Source: an uncultured Bdellovibrionales bacterium (GTDB taxonomy: Bacteria > Patescibacteriota > Minisyncoccia > Moranbacterales > UBA1568). Taken from it: a DNA stretch of 64,000 nt. Location: contig CAZQWS010000003.1 of the NCBI GenBank assembly GCA_964597355.1, positions 15,301 through 79,300 of the forward strand, given 5' to 3'. Of the stretch, positions 28,598 to 39,078 are shown one piece after another. Position 1 is the stretch's first letter; each line of letters opens with the position of its first letter. Below the pieces are notes generated by a model, which was given only the letters and a program-made list of their open reading frames with translations, made no database searches and was not told the DNA's origin. A program made the translations under genes and the position numbers.

Positions 28598-30487
28598 CTA
28601 GTGTTTTCTTTCGGGATTGAAGTACCAATTATAGAGCGCCTGCGTAATCGGAACAGCGTGATAAGTCTCATTTTCACTCTGATCTTCCACTAGGATAATC
28701 ATAACTAGCTCTGGATTATCATACGGGGCAAAAGAGGCAAACCATCCATGAGTTTTTTTATCAGCCCCAAACTGGGCTGTCCCCGTCTTGCCAGCTACGG
28801 CCACAGGTAACGCCTGAAGTGATTGGGCCGTCCCATCGGTTACCGTTTCACGCATTCCTTCGCGAACTACCGATAAAATACCAGGAGAGAGAATACCGTT
28901 ATTTAATGGCTCTGGCGTTAACATTTCCTTTTTACCATTTCCTTTTTGGACACTCTCCACTACGTGCGGCCTAGGAAGCGTTCCGCCATTGGCAACGGCT
29001 GCCATAGCCAATGCGATTTGGAGCGGTGTCGCCAGGATATACCCTTGGCCAATAGAGGAATTATAGTCATCTCCAATATACCAACGTTCACCAAAGCGTT
29101 CTTGTTTCCAGGTTGGTGTCGGGAGAAATCCATCTTGCTCTCCTGGAAGATCAATACCTGTCCTTTTCCCCCAACCAAAACGTTCCTCATAGGCCTTCAT
29201 GCGTTCTATACCAAGTCCTTGAATACCTCCATACCCACCGCCGATAGAGTAAAAATATACATCACTTGACACCGCAATGGCCCGTCGTAAATCAGTCAAC
29301 CCATGGGCCTTCCAGTCACCAAAGAATGATCGACCCACCTGGATACCTCCCCGGCTTTCAATCGTAGTTTCAGGCGTGATCAACCCCTCGGCCAAGGCTG
29401 CTCCTGCGAGGATTGGCTTAATTGTAGAGCCTGGTGGATATTCACCAGCAATAGCCCGATTGAACAATGGTTTCCGTGAATCATTGGCTAGAGCGCTATA
29501 CTCCTTCTGACTAATGCCCCGAGCAAACAGGTTATTGTCGTACCCAGGAAAACTTACCAAGGCGCGCACCGCTCCAGTTTTTGGATCAAGGGCAACCAAA
29601 GCTCCTTTCTCAAGCTTAGCTTCGCCCAGGATGCGTTCCATAACACGGTATGCTTCTCGTTGAAGACCAGCATCAATAGTCAGTGTTAGATCACTCCCCT
29701 TTTGGGGTGCGATAATGCCGAGCGCTTTCTTCACTTGTCCCAAGGCATCCACTTCCACCAATTCCCCCCCATGCACTCCACGGAGTTCCTTTTCATAGCT
29801 TTTTTCAATACCTTGTTTCCCGATAGAATCCGTCATGGTATATCCTGCATCTTTACGCTCAGCTAATTCATCCGCGCGAATTTTCCCCTCATATCCGATG
29901 ATGTGCGAAAAAACAGTCCCGTCAATATACTTACGCTCGGCTGTCTTAAGAAGAACAATCCCTGGAAACTTCTGTCGTTCCGCTAAAAAATGAATGATAA
30001 CACTTTGCTCCAAATGGTCTTTGAGGAGTATCGGTTGGAAACTGCCTCCGTCCAAACGAGTCATGATTGATGCCCACGTTTCCTCGTCAGGACCAAAAAA
30101 GCTTTTGATATTTTCGAGGACTTGTGTTCGTCCGGTCTGGTCTCCTGGTAAATCACCTGGCACGATCGCCGCGCCGAGGCTCGGCTCATTTTCAACCAGC
30201 GGCACACCAAAACGATCAGTGATAATCCCACGTGGGGCTGAAAGCACAATAGAACGAAGACTATTGCGCTCAGCCATAGCCTGGTACTCACCTCCACGAA
30301 CAATATTGAGATAACCAAAACGACCAAAGAAAATGACTAGCACCAAAAGACTACAGCCAAACAGCCACGCACTTCCCTGTCTTTCGATCGGCCACTCCAA
30401 GCGAGCCGCGTCTTTCTGGGTCAATGTCAACACAGCATCATCGATTTCGTACGGTGGTTTGGGTGAACGAGAAGAAAACCAACTCAT
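28598..30487 (-). CDS. mrdA: penicillin-binding protein 2 / class-B transpeptidase
   Basis: TM anchor, a dimerisation domain, and the transpeptidase motifs 'STIKP' (SxxK), 'SSD' and 'KTGTA'. Directly upstream of mreD-mreC-mreB. Confidence 0.8.
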   Translation of the reverse strand: MSWFSSRSPKPPYEIDDAVLTLTQKDAARLEWPIERQGSAWLFGCSLLVLVIFFGRFGYLNIVRGGEYQAMAERNSLRSIVLSAPRGIITDRFGVPLVENEPSLGAAIVPGDLPGDQTGRTQVLENIKSFFGPDEETWASIMTRLDGGSFQPILLKDHLEQSVIIHFLAERQKFPGIVLLKTAERKYIDGTVFSHIIGYEGKIRADELAERKDAGYTMTDSIGKQGIEKSYEKELRGVHGGELVEVDALGQVKKALGIIAPQKGSDLTLTIDAGLQREAYRVMERILGEAKLEKGALVALDPKTGAVRALVSFPGYDNNLFARGISQKEYSALANDSRKPLFNRAIAGEYPPGSTIKPILAGAALAEGLITPETTIESRGGIQVGRSFFGDWKAHGLTDLRRAIAVSSDVYFYSIGGGYGGIQGLGIERMKAYEERFGWGKRTGIDLPGEQDGFLPTPTWKQERFGERWYIGDDYNSSIGQGYILATPLQIALAMAAVANGGTLPRPHVVESVQKGNGKKEMLTPEPLNNGILSPGILSVVREGMRETVTDGTAQSLQALPVAVAGKTGTAQFGADKKTHGWFASFAPYDNPELVMIILVEDQSENETYHAVPITQALYNWYFNPERKH

Positions 30488-30493
30488 AGGTAA

Positions 30494-30994
30494 TTACTTT
30501 GAACTTTGACGCAAGCCACGAAACTCTAAGAGCGAACTCGAAACAAGCCACTCTTCCAAGCGATACACAGAAAAAAATACTACAGGAAACATCCCCAACC
30601 CTAGGAGCATATCCCATCCCGAGGGCCAAGAAAAAGCAGGGGTGAAAACTTCATACACGATCAAGCTTACCAAAAAGAAAAGTATGGCCTGCGGATGAAT
30701 CAATGAATGACTCTCGGGAAAAAAGCGCTCTCTCACAAATCCAGTAATAAGCACCAATGGCAGAGCAAAGAAAAAGAAGGTGGTCAATGTACCTGCCCGC
30801 GAAAGATCAAAAAGCAAAACAGTTAGAAACGCCAATCCAAAGGCACGATCCAACGAAAAGACAATACCCATAGCAACTACAAGTGCGAGTATCGCTAGGG
30901 GTGCCTTTCCATTAGGAAAGACAATTTGCAAAAAAGAAACCTCAAAAATAACCCAGAAGAGAATAAGGAGAAAGTGCCAGCGAAAGAAACGCAT
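30494..30994 (-). CDS. mreD: rod shape-determining protein MreD (putative)
   Basis: 166-aa polytopic membrane protein immediately downstream of mreC. Assigned by size, topology and position only. Confidence 0.45.
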   Translation of the reverse strand: MRFFRWHFLLILFWVIFEVSFLQIVFPNGKAPLAILALVVAMGIVFSLDRAFGLAFLTVLLFDLSRAGTLTTFFFFALPLVLITGFVRERFFPESHSLIHPQAILFFLVSLIVYEVFTPAFSWPSGWDMLLGLGMFPVVFFSVYRLEEWLVSSSLLEFRGLRQSSK

Positions 30995-31010
30995 AAGCTA
31001 TTCAGTGCAT

Positions 31011-31826
31011 TTAGAATGAAATCATCACACTCACGAAGCGGAGGCTGTCAGCCCGTACCGGAGGAACGATAGTGGCCTGCTGAAACAACTGGTCTGCAGA
31101 AGGCCTTACTGTTTGAATAGTTCCAATCAAGAGGCCCGCTGGCAACCCATCACTTAACCCTGAAGTCATAATCATCGTCCCAGGCGAGAGAGTATCGGTT
31201 GGTCGAGCCAAGTCAAGCAGTAACCCTACTCCATGGTCGCCACGTACAATCATCTGTCCAGCAATTTCTTCTGCCATAGCAGCAATAAGACTCTCGTGAT
31301 GAGACAAAAGGCGCACTTCAGCGGAAAAGGGGGCAGTACTCAAAACTCGACCAATCAAAATGTTGCCTGCCGTTACCACCGGCATCCCTGGTCGTACCCC
31401 TTGGCTTTCACCTCGATTGATACGAATGGTCGTGGAAAGCCCTCCCGTGCCTCTTGCTATTACCTCGCCCGCCAAAAGCGTCGCTCCCGGGTGTGGTTCC
31501 AACCCTACCTGTCGTCGTAGTTCAGCGTTTTCCTGTTGCAAGGCCTTAAGTTGCGCCCGACTTCCAGTAAGTGACAAGACTTCACGATGAAGACGTTCAT
31601 TATCTTCTTTGAGTATTCGGATCGAACCAAGAAAACTTCCGCTTTCCCTCAATTCAAAACCCAACCAAGAAAACATATTCTCAAAGGGAGTAGTTGCTGT
31701 CACAAACACTGCCTGCAGTGGCCGAAAAAAATCTGGTGGCGCCAAAACGAACACTAGAAATCCGAGACCAAACACTCCCGCCAAAAGCGGCCATCGTCTC
31801 TTGATCCATGTGGTTTCTGGCTGCAT
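31011..31826 (-). CDS. mreC: rod shape-determining protein MreC
   Basis: N-terminal TM, a coiled-coil 'LKALQQENAELRRQV', and a C-terminal beta domain. Context mreB-mreC-mreD. Confidence 0.7.
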   Translation of the reverse strand: MQPETTWIKRRWPLLAGVFGLGFLVFVLAPPDFFRPLQAVFVTATTPFENMFSWLGFELRESGSFLGSIRILKEDNERLHREVLSLTGSRAQLKALQQENAELRRQVGLEPHPGATLLAGEVIARGTGGLSTTIRINRGESQGVRPGMPVVTAGNILIGRVLSTAPFSAEVRLLSHHESLIAAMAEEIAGQMIVRGDHGVGLLLDLARPTDTLSPGTMIMTSGLSDGLPAGLLIGTIQTVRPSADQLFQQATIVPPVRADSLRFVSVMISF

Positions 31827-31848
31827 ATATTCAAGTAGTAAAATCAGT

Positions 31849-32934
31849 TTACATGAGTGGTTTGCCTTGTTCGTCTTCGATTAGAACCTCTTTTAGAGTT
31901 TCCATATCATCAAGTACAATACCTGTACCCCGCACTACCGCGGTCAATGGATCATCGATGGTGCGCACTGGAATCCCCGTTTGATTCGCCAAAAGCTTGT
32001 CGAGTCCTCGGATAAGACTCCCTCCACCAGAAAGCACGATTCCTCGTTGCATCACGTCTGAGAGCAACTCTGGTGGCGTTTCCTCAATTACTGTTTTGAC
32101 ATTATTCACGATGATACGGATCGAACGCGACAAGGCCTCCCGCACGTGTGTATCAGTCAGCATCACCTCCTTGGGAAGGCCCGAAACAAGATCGCGCCCA
32201 CGAACAGCATAACGCAGATCTTCTTTCAAAGGATACGCACTACCAATTGAAATCTTTACATCTTCAGCTGTCCGTTCTCCCACGAGTAAATTAAATTCGT
32301 CTCGACAGTACCGCACAATGTCTTCATTCATTTCGTCTCCCGCGATTCGAAGACTGCGCGCGATGACAACACCCCCGAGAGAGATGACGGCAATCTCGGT
32401 CGTCCCGCCACCAATGTCTACCACCATATTGCCGGCCGCATCAATAACTGGCAAGCGGCCACCGATAGCCGCTGCCATTGGCTCATCGATAAGAAACGCT
32501 TGGCGTGCACCAGCATTCATCGCCGCCTCAATTACAGCCCGCTTCTCCACCTCGGTCACTCCTGACGGGATACCGATGAGTATTCTGGGCCGACGAAGAA
32601 ATTTGAAGTTTCCTTCCGTTACCTTGCTAATAAAATAGCGAAGCATCTGCTGGGTGATTTCAAAATCTGATACCACCCCATCAACCAATGGACGGATAGC
32701 TACGATATGCCCTGGTGTTTTTCCCACCATTTTCTTGGCCTCGCGACCAATAGCGAGAATCTGTCCTGTACGATTGTTGATAGCTACTACCGATGGCTCA
32801 TTGATGATGATACCGCGGCCACGCACATACACCAGGGTATTAGCGGTACCGAGATCAATGCCAATATCTTGGGTCACATGCCCAAAAAGCCGACTTTCAA
32901 GTTGTTTCCAAAAAGACTGAGAAGAGAATGCCAT
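31849..32934 (-). CDS. mreB: rod shape-determining protein MreB (actin-like ATPase)
   Basis: 'DIGIDLGTANTLVYV' phosphate-1 motif and 'DIGGGTTEIAVISLGG'. Start set to the ATG at 32932-32934 (MAFSSQ). Confidence 0.85.
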   Translation of the reverse strand: MAFSSQSFWKQLESRLFGHVTQDIGIDLGTANTLVYVRGRGIIINEPSVVAINNRTGQILAIGREAKKMVGKTPGHIVAIRPLVDGVVSDFEITQQMLRYFISKVTEGNFKFLRRPRILIGIPSGVTEVEKRAVIEAAMNAGARQAFLIDEPMAAAIGGRLPVIDAAGNMVVDIGGGTTEIAVISLGGVVIARSLRIAGDEMNEDIVRYCRDEFNLLVGERTAEDVKISIGSAYPLKEDLRYAVRGRDLVSGLPKEVMLTDTHVREALSRSIRIIVNNVKTVIEETPPELLSDVMQRGIVLSGGGSLIRGLDKLLANQTGIPVRTIDDPLTAVVRGTGIVLDDMETLKEVLIEDEQGKPLM

Positions 32935-33008
32935 ACGGGATAGGGTACACCTTATAGTATCCCAAAGTGAAACTCCTCTCAAGTATGGCAAAAATGGCAA
33001 AAAAGTAG

Positions 33009-34697
33009 CTATTTCAGCCGACGAAGCTTCTGTCGAGCGAGACGAATGGCCTTGTCTTTGTAGAGTGTGAAATCCGCCAGTGGTTTCACTGTCCCAGTTT
33101 CGACCAAAAAATACTCATCTACCGTCAAACGAGAAAGAAATGTCTCATCATGAGTAACTAAGAGTAGTGTGCCGTGATATTCAGCTAAAGCTTCTTCGAG
33201 AGCCTCGATCGCTTCGACATCAAGATGATTGGTTGGTTCATCAAGGATGAGTACATTGGCACCGCTGGCCGCCAAAGTGGCCAACAAGAAACGCACCCGC
33301 TCCCCCGGACTTAAATGAACGATTTTTTCACGAGCCACTTCCGGTGAAAACTGAAAACGTGATAACAACAGAAGAACGGCTTGTTCATCAAAAATATGTA
33401 ATTGTTTCGCAAAGTACTGTAGAGGTGTTTGATTCAGCGGCAGTACGTGATGCTCTTGCATAAGATCACCAAAGAGCACGCTTTTACTGCGCGTCACTTG
33501 ACCAGTCAACTGCGGTAACTCACCAGTGATCACTTTCAAAAGCGTCGACTTGCCGCTCCCATTCATACCAAGAAACATCACCCGTTTCCCGTACGGAATA
33601 CGAAGATTCACCCTCTTGGCGATTGGATTTTTCTTATCATAGCCAATAGCAACGCCCTTTAAGACAATGGTCGGCGGTTTCAACTGGGCAGATTTTGAAA
33701 GCGAAAATGCAAGTGGGGTCCGCTCAAACGGTTTTTCATACCGAGTAAGGCGTTTCCGTCGTCCTTCGAGAGCTTTCGATGCTCCAGTAAATTTCTTAAT
33801 AGCACGTTCTTTTTTGTAGTTAGAAGTAAGTTTGTCGCGATCTGGCCCACGTTTCTTTTTGGTATGTTCTACCCAATCCAATTTTTCCACTGAAGAAGCC
33901 TCTAGACGCTCTTTTTCTGCCTCTTGCTCACGATAATCTTCTTTAGCTCGGCGTAAAACATGTGCCCGTACTTCGGCCGCAGTAGACCAATTTCCCTTAC
34001 TGAGCGTGAGGGCATGCTTCTCGGTATTAACTTCGAGTACTTTTTCTACTACTCGGTCAAGAAACGCTCGGTCATGCGATGCCACGATGAGCGTTCCCTT
34101 AAAAAGACGGGCATACTGCTCAAGCCAAAGTAGAGCTTGGAGATCAAGATTATTGGTTGGTTCATCAAGAAGCAGTAAATCTACTCCACGAAGAATTACT
34201 CCGGCGAGAGCGATCTTGCGCTTCTCTCCGCCTGAAAGCGTCTTAAGAGAACGTTCGAGTAAATCTGCTGGAAGCGCAAGACCAGAGAGCACCGATGAGG
34301 CTCGATCAAGAAAAGCGAAGCCTCCAAGTTTTCGGTATGTTTCCTGGAGTGCTTCGTAGCGAAGCAAAACTTCTTCACTGCTAAGCCGTGACTCCAATGA
34401 TTTCATTTCATCCTCAAGCTCTCCAAGGCCAGCAGCCTGCCGCAAAAAAACGATAGTGGTCACATCGCCCTCAGCAATGGTTTCCTGGGGAAGATAACCG
34501 ACAAGAGTATTTTTAGCGAGTTGAATCTCTCCCCGATCCGTCGGTTCGAGCCCCGAAAGCATCTTGAGCAAAGTCGATTTGCCACTGCCATTGGGGCCGA
34601 TAAGCGCCACCCGCTGCCCGGCACCCACCGAAAAACCAGCATTCCAAAAAAGGCGCTTGGTCCCAAAAGTTTTTCTCAGTCCGGTAACGGTTAACAT
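33009..34697 (-). CDS. ABC-F family ATPase (two tandem ABC domains, no TMD)
   Basis: Two Walker A sites ('GPNGSGKST', 'GMNGSGKST'), two signatures ('LSGGEKRKIALA', 'LSPGERVRF') and a charged inter-domain linker. The ORF track begins at a GTG at 34715; the first ATG is 34697. Confidence 0.75.
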   Translation of the reverse strand: MLTVTGLRKTFGTKRLFWNAGFSVGAGQRVALIGPNGSGKSTLLKMLSGLEPTDRGEIQLAKNTLVGYLPQETIAEGDVTTIVFLRQAAGLGELEDEMKSLESRLSSEEVLLRYEALQETYRKLGGFAFLDRASSVLSGLALPADLLERSLKTLSGGEKRKIALAGVILRGVDLLLLDEPTNNLDLQALLWLEQYARLFKGTLIVASHDRAFLDRVVEKVLEVNTEKHALTLSKGNWSTAAEVRAHVLRRAKEDYREQEAEKERLEASSVEKLDWVEHTKKKRGPDRDKLTSNYKKERAIKKFTGASKALEGRRKRLTRYEKPFERTPLAFSLSKSAQLKPPTIVLKGVAIGYDKKNPIAKRVNLRIPYGKRVMFLGMNGSGKSTLLKVITGELPQLTGQVTRSKSVLFGDLMQEHHVLPLNQTPLQYFAKQLHIFDEQAVLLLLSRFQFSPEVAREKIVHLSPGERVRFLLATLAASGANVLILDEPTNHLDVEAIEALEEALAEYHGTLLLVTHDETFLSRLTVDEYFLVETGTVKPLADFTLYKDKAIRLARQKLRRLK

Positions 34698-34763
34698 ACA
34701 AAAATAGCCCTCCACTTAAGAATGCTATTATGCTACAAAAACTTAATTTTGTACAGAGAAGTC

Positions 34764-35915
34764 TTAGATTTTGTTCAAAAGCTCTAAAAAATGTTTCGCA
34801 GATTTGTTCCAAGAGAAAAGCTGTTTCTGTATCAACGACCGCTCCGAAAGCATCAAATGTAAATCCTTATCACCCAGCACTTGACGGAGAGCCTGGAGGA
34901 TTTCATCCGGTCTATATGGATCAATGAGAATACCGGCATTACCCACGACTTCCGGCAGTGAAGCCGAGTGAGAGGCTATAACTGGGATACCGCAGGTGAG
35001 CGCTTCAAGCGGAGGGAAACCAAAGCCTTCGTAGAAAGATGGGTATACAAAAACACTCGACAGCGTATAGAGTGCTGCTTTGTCCCGCTCATCCACAAAG
35101 CCAAGAAGGTGTATATGGTGCCGGACCGGCGAACGGCGTACTGCTTCGAGGAGTTCCTCACACTTCCAGCCTGGAGTCCCTGCAATGACGAGTTCATACT
35201 TCACACTTTCCCCTACTGCCGTTTGATGAAACACTTCGTAGGCTCTGACGAGCGAAAGAAGATTCTTGCGTGGTTCAAGCGTACCCAAAGAAAGAATGAA
35301 ACGGTAAGGAAGCCTGTATTTTTTTTGTACCTCGATAAGACGGATATCATTGCGGTCAACGGGATAAAATTTCTCACTCACTCCACTCATGATAGTGTGT
35401 ACTTTACCTTGTGAAATTCGATAGCGAGTCCGCACATCATCGGCCGTAGACTGCGAAACTGCTACAACCTTGTCAGACCGACGAAGGAGTCCTGGTAGAT
35501 TGACCATATAATGCCACAAACGTTGCTTTTTTGAGAACGTTTCTGGGAACCACTCAAACGAAAGATCGTGTACCGTTACGATCAGCTGCACCTGTTTCGA
35601 GAAAGCAGCAAAATTCATATTGGGCATAAAAAAAACATCAACCCCACCAATAAGCTGATCAAGCTTAGGATACCGCAGGTACCAGAGCGCAAAATTCAAG
35701 AGTTTGTTGGGGATACGAAAACGTTTGATCGTCACATATGGGAAGTCCTGCGCAAAGGAAAGGTCTGGCTCGCCCTTGCCCCAGGCGTTAAAAAAGAGTA
35801 TAAATTCATGCTCTTTACCCAAAACAAACACCTCGCGGAGTAGCCCGCGCACGTATTCCTCTACCCCACTCTGTTTTCCTCCAGCGAGAGACCGGATGTC
35901 TATTCCTATCCTCAT
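34764..35915 (-). CDS. glycosyltransferase, GT4 family
   Basis: 'MRIGIDIRSLAGGKQSGVEEYV' and a C-terminal 'PSFYEGFGFPPLEALTCGIPVIASHSASLPEV'. Confidence 0.7.
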   Translation of the reverse strand: MRIGIDIRSLAGGKQSGVEEYVRGLLREVFVLGKEHEFILFFNAWGKGEPDLSFAQDFPYVTIKRFRIPNKLLNFALWYLRYPKLDQLIGGVDVFFMPNMNFAAFSKQVQLIVTVHDLSFEWFPETFSKKQRLWHYMVNLPGLLRRSDKVVAVSQSTADDVRTRYRISQGKVHTIMSGVSEKFYPVDRNDIRLIEVQKKYRLPYRFILSLGTLEPRKNLLSLVRAYEVFHQTAVGESVKYELVIAGTPGWKCEELLEAVRRSPVRHHIHLLGFVDERDKAALYTLSSVFVYPSFYEGFGFPPLEALTCGIPVIASHSASLPEVVGNAGILIDPYRPDEILQALRQVLGDKDLHLMLSERSLIQKQLFSWNKSAKHFLELLNKI

Positions 35916-35944
35916 AGCCGTTCAATCATGAATCATGCCCTCTC

Positions 35945-36595
35945 CTATCCGACAGTCTCTCTTTTGTATTTTTGATAGTTCCGCCAAAAGTAATTGATGA
36001 GTACGGCCCAAAAAGCTACAAAGATTCCAACGCCCGTCACAATGGGCACTACCCGTGACAAACTCCAGAGAGCTGACTTGGTTACTGGCTTTTCACCAAT
36101 CACGGTAAACCACTCTTTTTGTCGGGCATCTTCGTTGAGTGAAAAAAGGTATTCATTGGCCCCAGCCACTATCGCCTCACCAAGAAGAACTCCTTCGGAT
36201 ACATCTCGTGTTTTATACTGCAGCTTAATGATATTTGTTCCCAGACGTACTACTTTTGGCCGAGCATTCGTGTAAGTTCGGTATGCTTCAGTCGAGAGTT
36301 TTGCCCGCTCAGCCACTGTTCGCTTCCCAGTCTCACTGCCGAGATACTGACTGAGACTCTCTGCTATACGTTCATCAGCCTGGAGACGATAAAAATGGTC
36401 ATAGCTGTATTCTTGTGCAGAAGTCACACTAGTACGAGTTACCGAAAGAATCAATTCATTGGTATAAAAGACGGGCTGAAACTGGTACGCCCCAATACCT
36501 ACAAGTATCGTCACAAACATCGTCCCCAAAAAAAGAAACCGGCTTCGATCAAAGATGGCTACTAATTCAGTAAATGTCATAGGCTTTAGACTCAT
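35945..36595 (-). CDS. Wzz/PCP-like bitopic membrane protein (second copy)
   Basis: N-terminal TM 'FLGTMFVTILVGIGAY' and C-terminal TM 'VPIVTGVGIFVAFWAVLI'. About 215 aa. Sandwiched between two GT4 genes. Confidence 0.45.
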   Translation of the reverse strand: MSLKPMTFTELVAIFDRSRFLFLGTMFVTILVGIGAYQFQPVFYTNELILSVTRTSVTSAQEYSYDHFYRLQADERIAESLSQYLGSETGKRTVAERAKLSTEAYRTYTNARPKVVRLGTNIIKLQYKTRDVSEGVLLGEAIVAGANEYLFSLNEDARQKEWFTVIGEKPVTKSALWSLSRVVPIVTGVGIFVAFWAVLINYFWRNYQKYKRETVG

Positions 36596-37698
36596 CGCGA
36601 GAGATGCTCGAATAACTTCTTTTCTACCAAGTACTTTATTTTAGCCTTAAACTGAGCTTTGTCAAAAACCTGCACTCCAGCCCGAATAACGTCTGAATCA
36701 TATCGATCAGCCTCAAAGTTCTTCAGGGTTGCCACAAGCGAGTCCGTCGTCTGAGCATCAAATAATTCCCCCATTACCCCGACCTTCAAGTGTTCGACGA
36801 TATCCCCACCCCGATAGGCAATCACTGGACGGCCCGAGGCAAAGGCTTCCTGGGCCACAATACCGAAATCTTCTTCTTGCGGGAAGATAAAAGCTTGACA
36901 CTCGGCATAATACTTCGGTAAATCTTCATCCGGTACACGATCAAGAAACTCAATTGTTGGCCCCGCAAGTTTCCGCAATCGAGCATGTTCTGGCCCACGC
37001 CCAATGATTTTGAGCGGTAGCTTGAGTCGATTAAAAGCTTCGATTGCAATGTCATGACGTTTATAAGCGATGAGACGGCCAACCATGAGAAAATATGGCT
37101 TACGTTCTTCTGGCCGAGCAATGTAAAAACGTTCGATCTCAACTGGTGGATGAATCACTTCTGCCTCTTTGTGGTAATACTTTTTGATGCGCTTCCGGAC
37201 GAATTCTGAGTTAGCGATGTAGTAATCAACCCGATCAGCCGTCGCCTTGTCCCACACTCGAATCGGGTTCATGAAAAAGGGTACCAGTTTTTTCACCAAG
37301 CGCGGAAAACCGAAATCTTCGGTGTACTTCTGGCAATCATCCCAGGCATAACGCATCGGTGTATGCACATAGGAGATATGGAGTGTCTCAGGCCTGGTGA
37401 TAATTCCCTTGGCATAACTCGACGAATCTGAAAGTACCACATCGTAATCCCGAAAATCAAATTGCTCAATAGCAAGGGGCATAAGGGGTGGAAAAAGCCG
37501 ATGATGCCTCCTCGCTATCGGCCACTTCTGGAGAAACGACGTATAAATTTGCTTCTCGACGAACTTCCCCCGCATTGCTTCTGGATCGTAGAGAATTGTA
37601 TAAATAGAAGCATAGGGCCAGAGCTCGGTAAAAGCCTCCAGAACGCGTTCGGCACCGCCATACTGCACCAAATAATCATGAACGAGAGCTATCTTCAT
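36592..37698 (-). CDS. glycosyltransferase, GT4 family
   Basis: 'MKIALVHDYLVQYGGAERV' and a C-terminal 'FPQEEDFGIVAQEAFASGRPVIAYRGGDIVE'. Confidence 0.75.
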   Translation of the reverse strand: MKIALVHDYLVQYGGAERVLEAFTELWPYASIYTILYDPEAMRGKFVEKQIYTSFLQKWPIARRHHRLFPPLMPLAIEQFDFRDYDVVLSDSSSYAKGIITRPETLHISYVHTPMRYAWDDCQKYTEDFGFPRLVKKLVPFFMNPIRVWDKATADRVDYYIANSEFVRKRIKKYYHKEAEVIHPPVEIERFYIARPEERKPYFLMVGRLIAYKRHDIAIEAFNRLKLPLKIIGRGPEHARLRKLAGPTIEFLDRVPDEDLPKYYAECQAFIFPQEEDFGIVAQEAFASGRPVIAYRGGDIVEHLKVGVMGELFDAQTTDSLVATLKNFEADRYDSDVIRAGVQVFDKAQFKAKIKYLVEKKLFEHLSR

Positions 37699-37721
37699 TC
37701 CAATAAATCTTAGTAAAATAC

Positions 37722-37937
37722 TTATCGTGATTTTAAAATCAGATCTCGAAAAACAAAAGGTTCCAACTCCTCTTTGATAAGCAGTCTTGATTCAGTAGCA
37801 TACTTTTGAAGTCCTAATGTTGGTTTATGGGAGAAACCAACATAGTGGTAAAGATTACTCCCATCAATGCAGATAGCAACTCGTTTTTGGGTATTTGCTT
37901 TTAACATAGGATTTTTAGGTGTAGAGACTGCGATCAT
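37722..37937 (-). pseudogene. truncated NYN/LabA-like (PIN-fold) domain ORF
   Basis: 71 aa containing 'KRVAICIDGSNLYHY', the N-terminal DGxNL motif of NYN/LabA-like nucleases. The ORF is less than half the usual domain length and lies in a 400-nt gap between two genes. Confidence 0.3.
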
Positions 37938-38104
37938 TGTACAACTATTTCTCTGAAATCTAAAAAACCACCATGTGCCATTGCTGGCCCAGGGTGGGTG
38001 ATTTTAGGAAAAAGATTCGATAGATTCAAACCCTTGTCAATGCCACCGAAATTGAGCCTGGTCTTGCCCTAGAGAACTCTGGTCGCCTTTATCGTTTTCT
38101 TGGG

Positions 38105-39061
38105 CTACATTTTGAAATAATCGCGGTACCAATCGACAAAGTTTTTAATACCAACATCAATACGGGTCGTTGGTTTCCAACCAAGTTTCCGGAGACGTCG
38201 GATGTCAGCTACGGTCGATGGCACGTCGCCCGGCTGCATTGGCATCATTTTTTTCTTGGCTATTTTGCCAACATTTTTCTCGATTACCTCAATAAACCGT
38301 GTCAGTTTTTCTTCCTTGTCACCACCAATATTCATAACTGCGCAATCCAAATTGGCATCGAGACAAGTCAGAATGCCAGAAACAATGTCGTCGACATACG
38401 TGAAGTTTCGAGTCATGTTACCGAAGTTGTAGACTTTAATCGTTTCTCCAGCAAATATGGCCCGGGTAAAATCAAACAGTGCCATATCGGGCCGTCCCCA
38501 CGGACCATACACGGTAAAGAAACGGAGTCCTGTCGTCGGTAGCCCGTGAATGTGACTATACACGTGTGCCATAAGCTCGGTGGCTTTTTTGGTCGCAGCA
38601 TACGGTGAGATCGGTGTGTCTACTGGATCCGTTTCCGAAAATGGGAGTTTCTTGTTGTTACCATACACACTCGAAGACGAAGCGTAGAGGAAATTCTGCA
38701 CCTTGTACTTCGCGGCAAGATCCAGAAGGTACGCCGTCCCCATCACATTGACATCAGCATAGAGTGCAGGGTTCTTGAGTGAATTGCGTACCCCAGCCAT
38801 CGCAGCGAGATGAACCACTTTTTCTGGACGTTCTTTTTTAAATACCTTTTCCAAGAACTTTGGGTCACGAATATCTCCCCGATAGAGCTTGAATTGTCCC
38901 TTATAGGGCTTCAAAAACTTTTTGATCCGATCTTCTTTGATCTTGGGATCGTAGTAATCATTGAAGTTGTCGATGAGGATCGGAGTATCACCACGGTCCA
39001 TTAGAGCCTTTGCAGTCGTACTACCTATGAAACCGGCACCTCCCGTAATAAGAATTTTCAT
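38105..39061 (-). CDS. NAD-dependent nucleotide-sugar epimerase (UDP-glucuronate/UDP-glucose 4-epimerase family, SDR)
   Basis: 'MKILITGGAGFIGS' Rossmann fold, 'YASSSSVYG' and 'YAATK' catalytic motifs. Confidence 0.8.
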   Translation of the reverse strand: MKILITGGAGFIGSTTAKALMDRGDTPILIDNFNDYYDPKIKEDRIKKFLKPYKGQFKLYRGDIRDPKFLEKVFKKERPEKVVHLAAMAGVRNSLKNPALYADVNVMGTAYLLDLAAKYKVQNFLYASSSSVYGNNKKLPFSETDPVDTPISPYAATKKATELMAHVYSHIHGLPTTGLRFFTVYGPWGRPDMALFDFTRAIFAGETIKVYNFGNMTRNFTYVDDIVSGILTCLDANLDCAVMNIGGDKEEKLTRFIEVIEKNVGKIAKKKMMPMQPGDVPSTVADIRRLRKLGWKPTTRIDVGIKNFVDWYRDYFKM

Positions 39062-39078
39062 GGTTATATGGCTAATAG

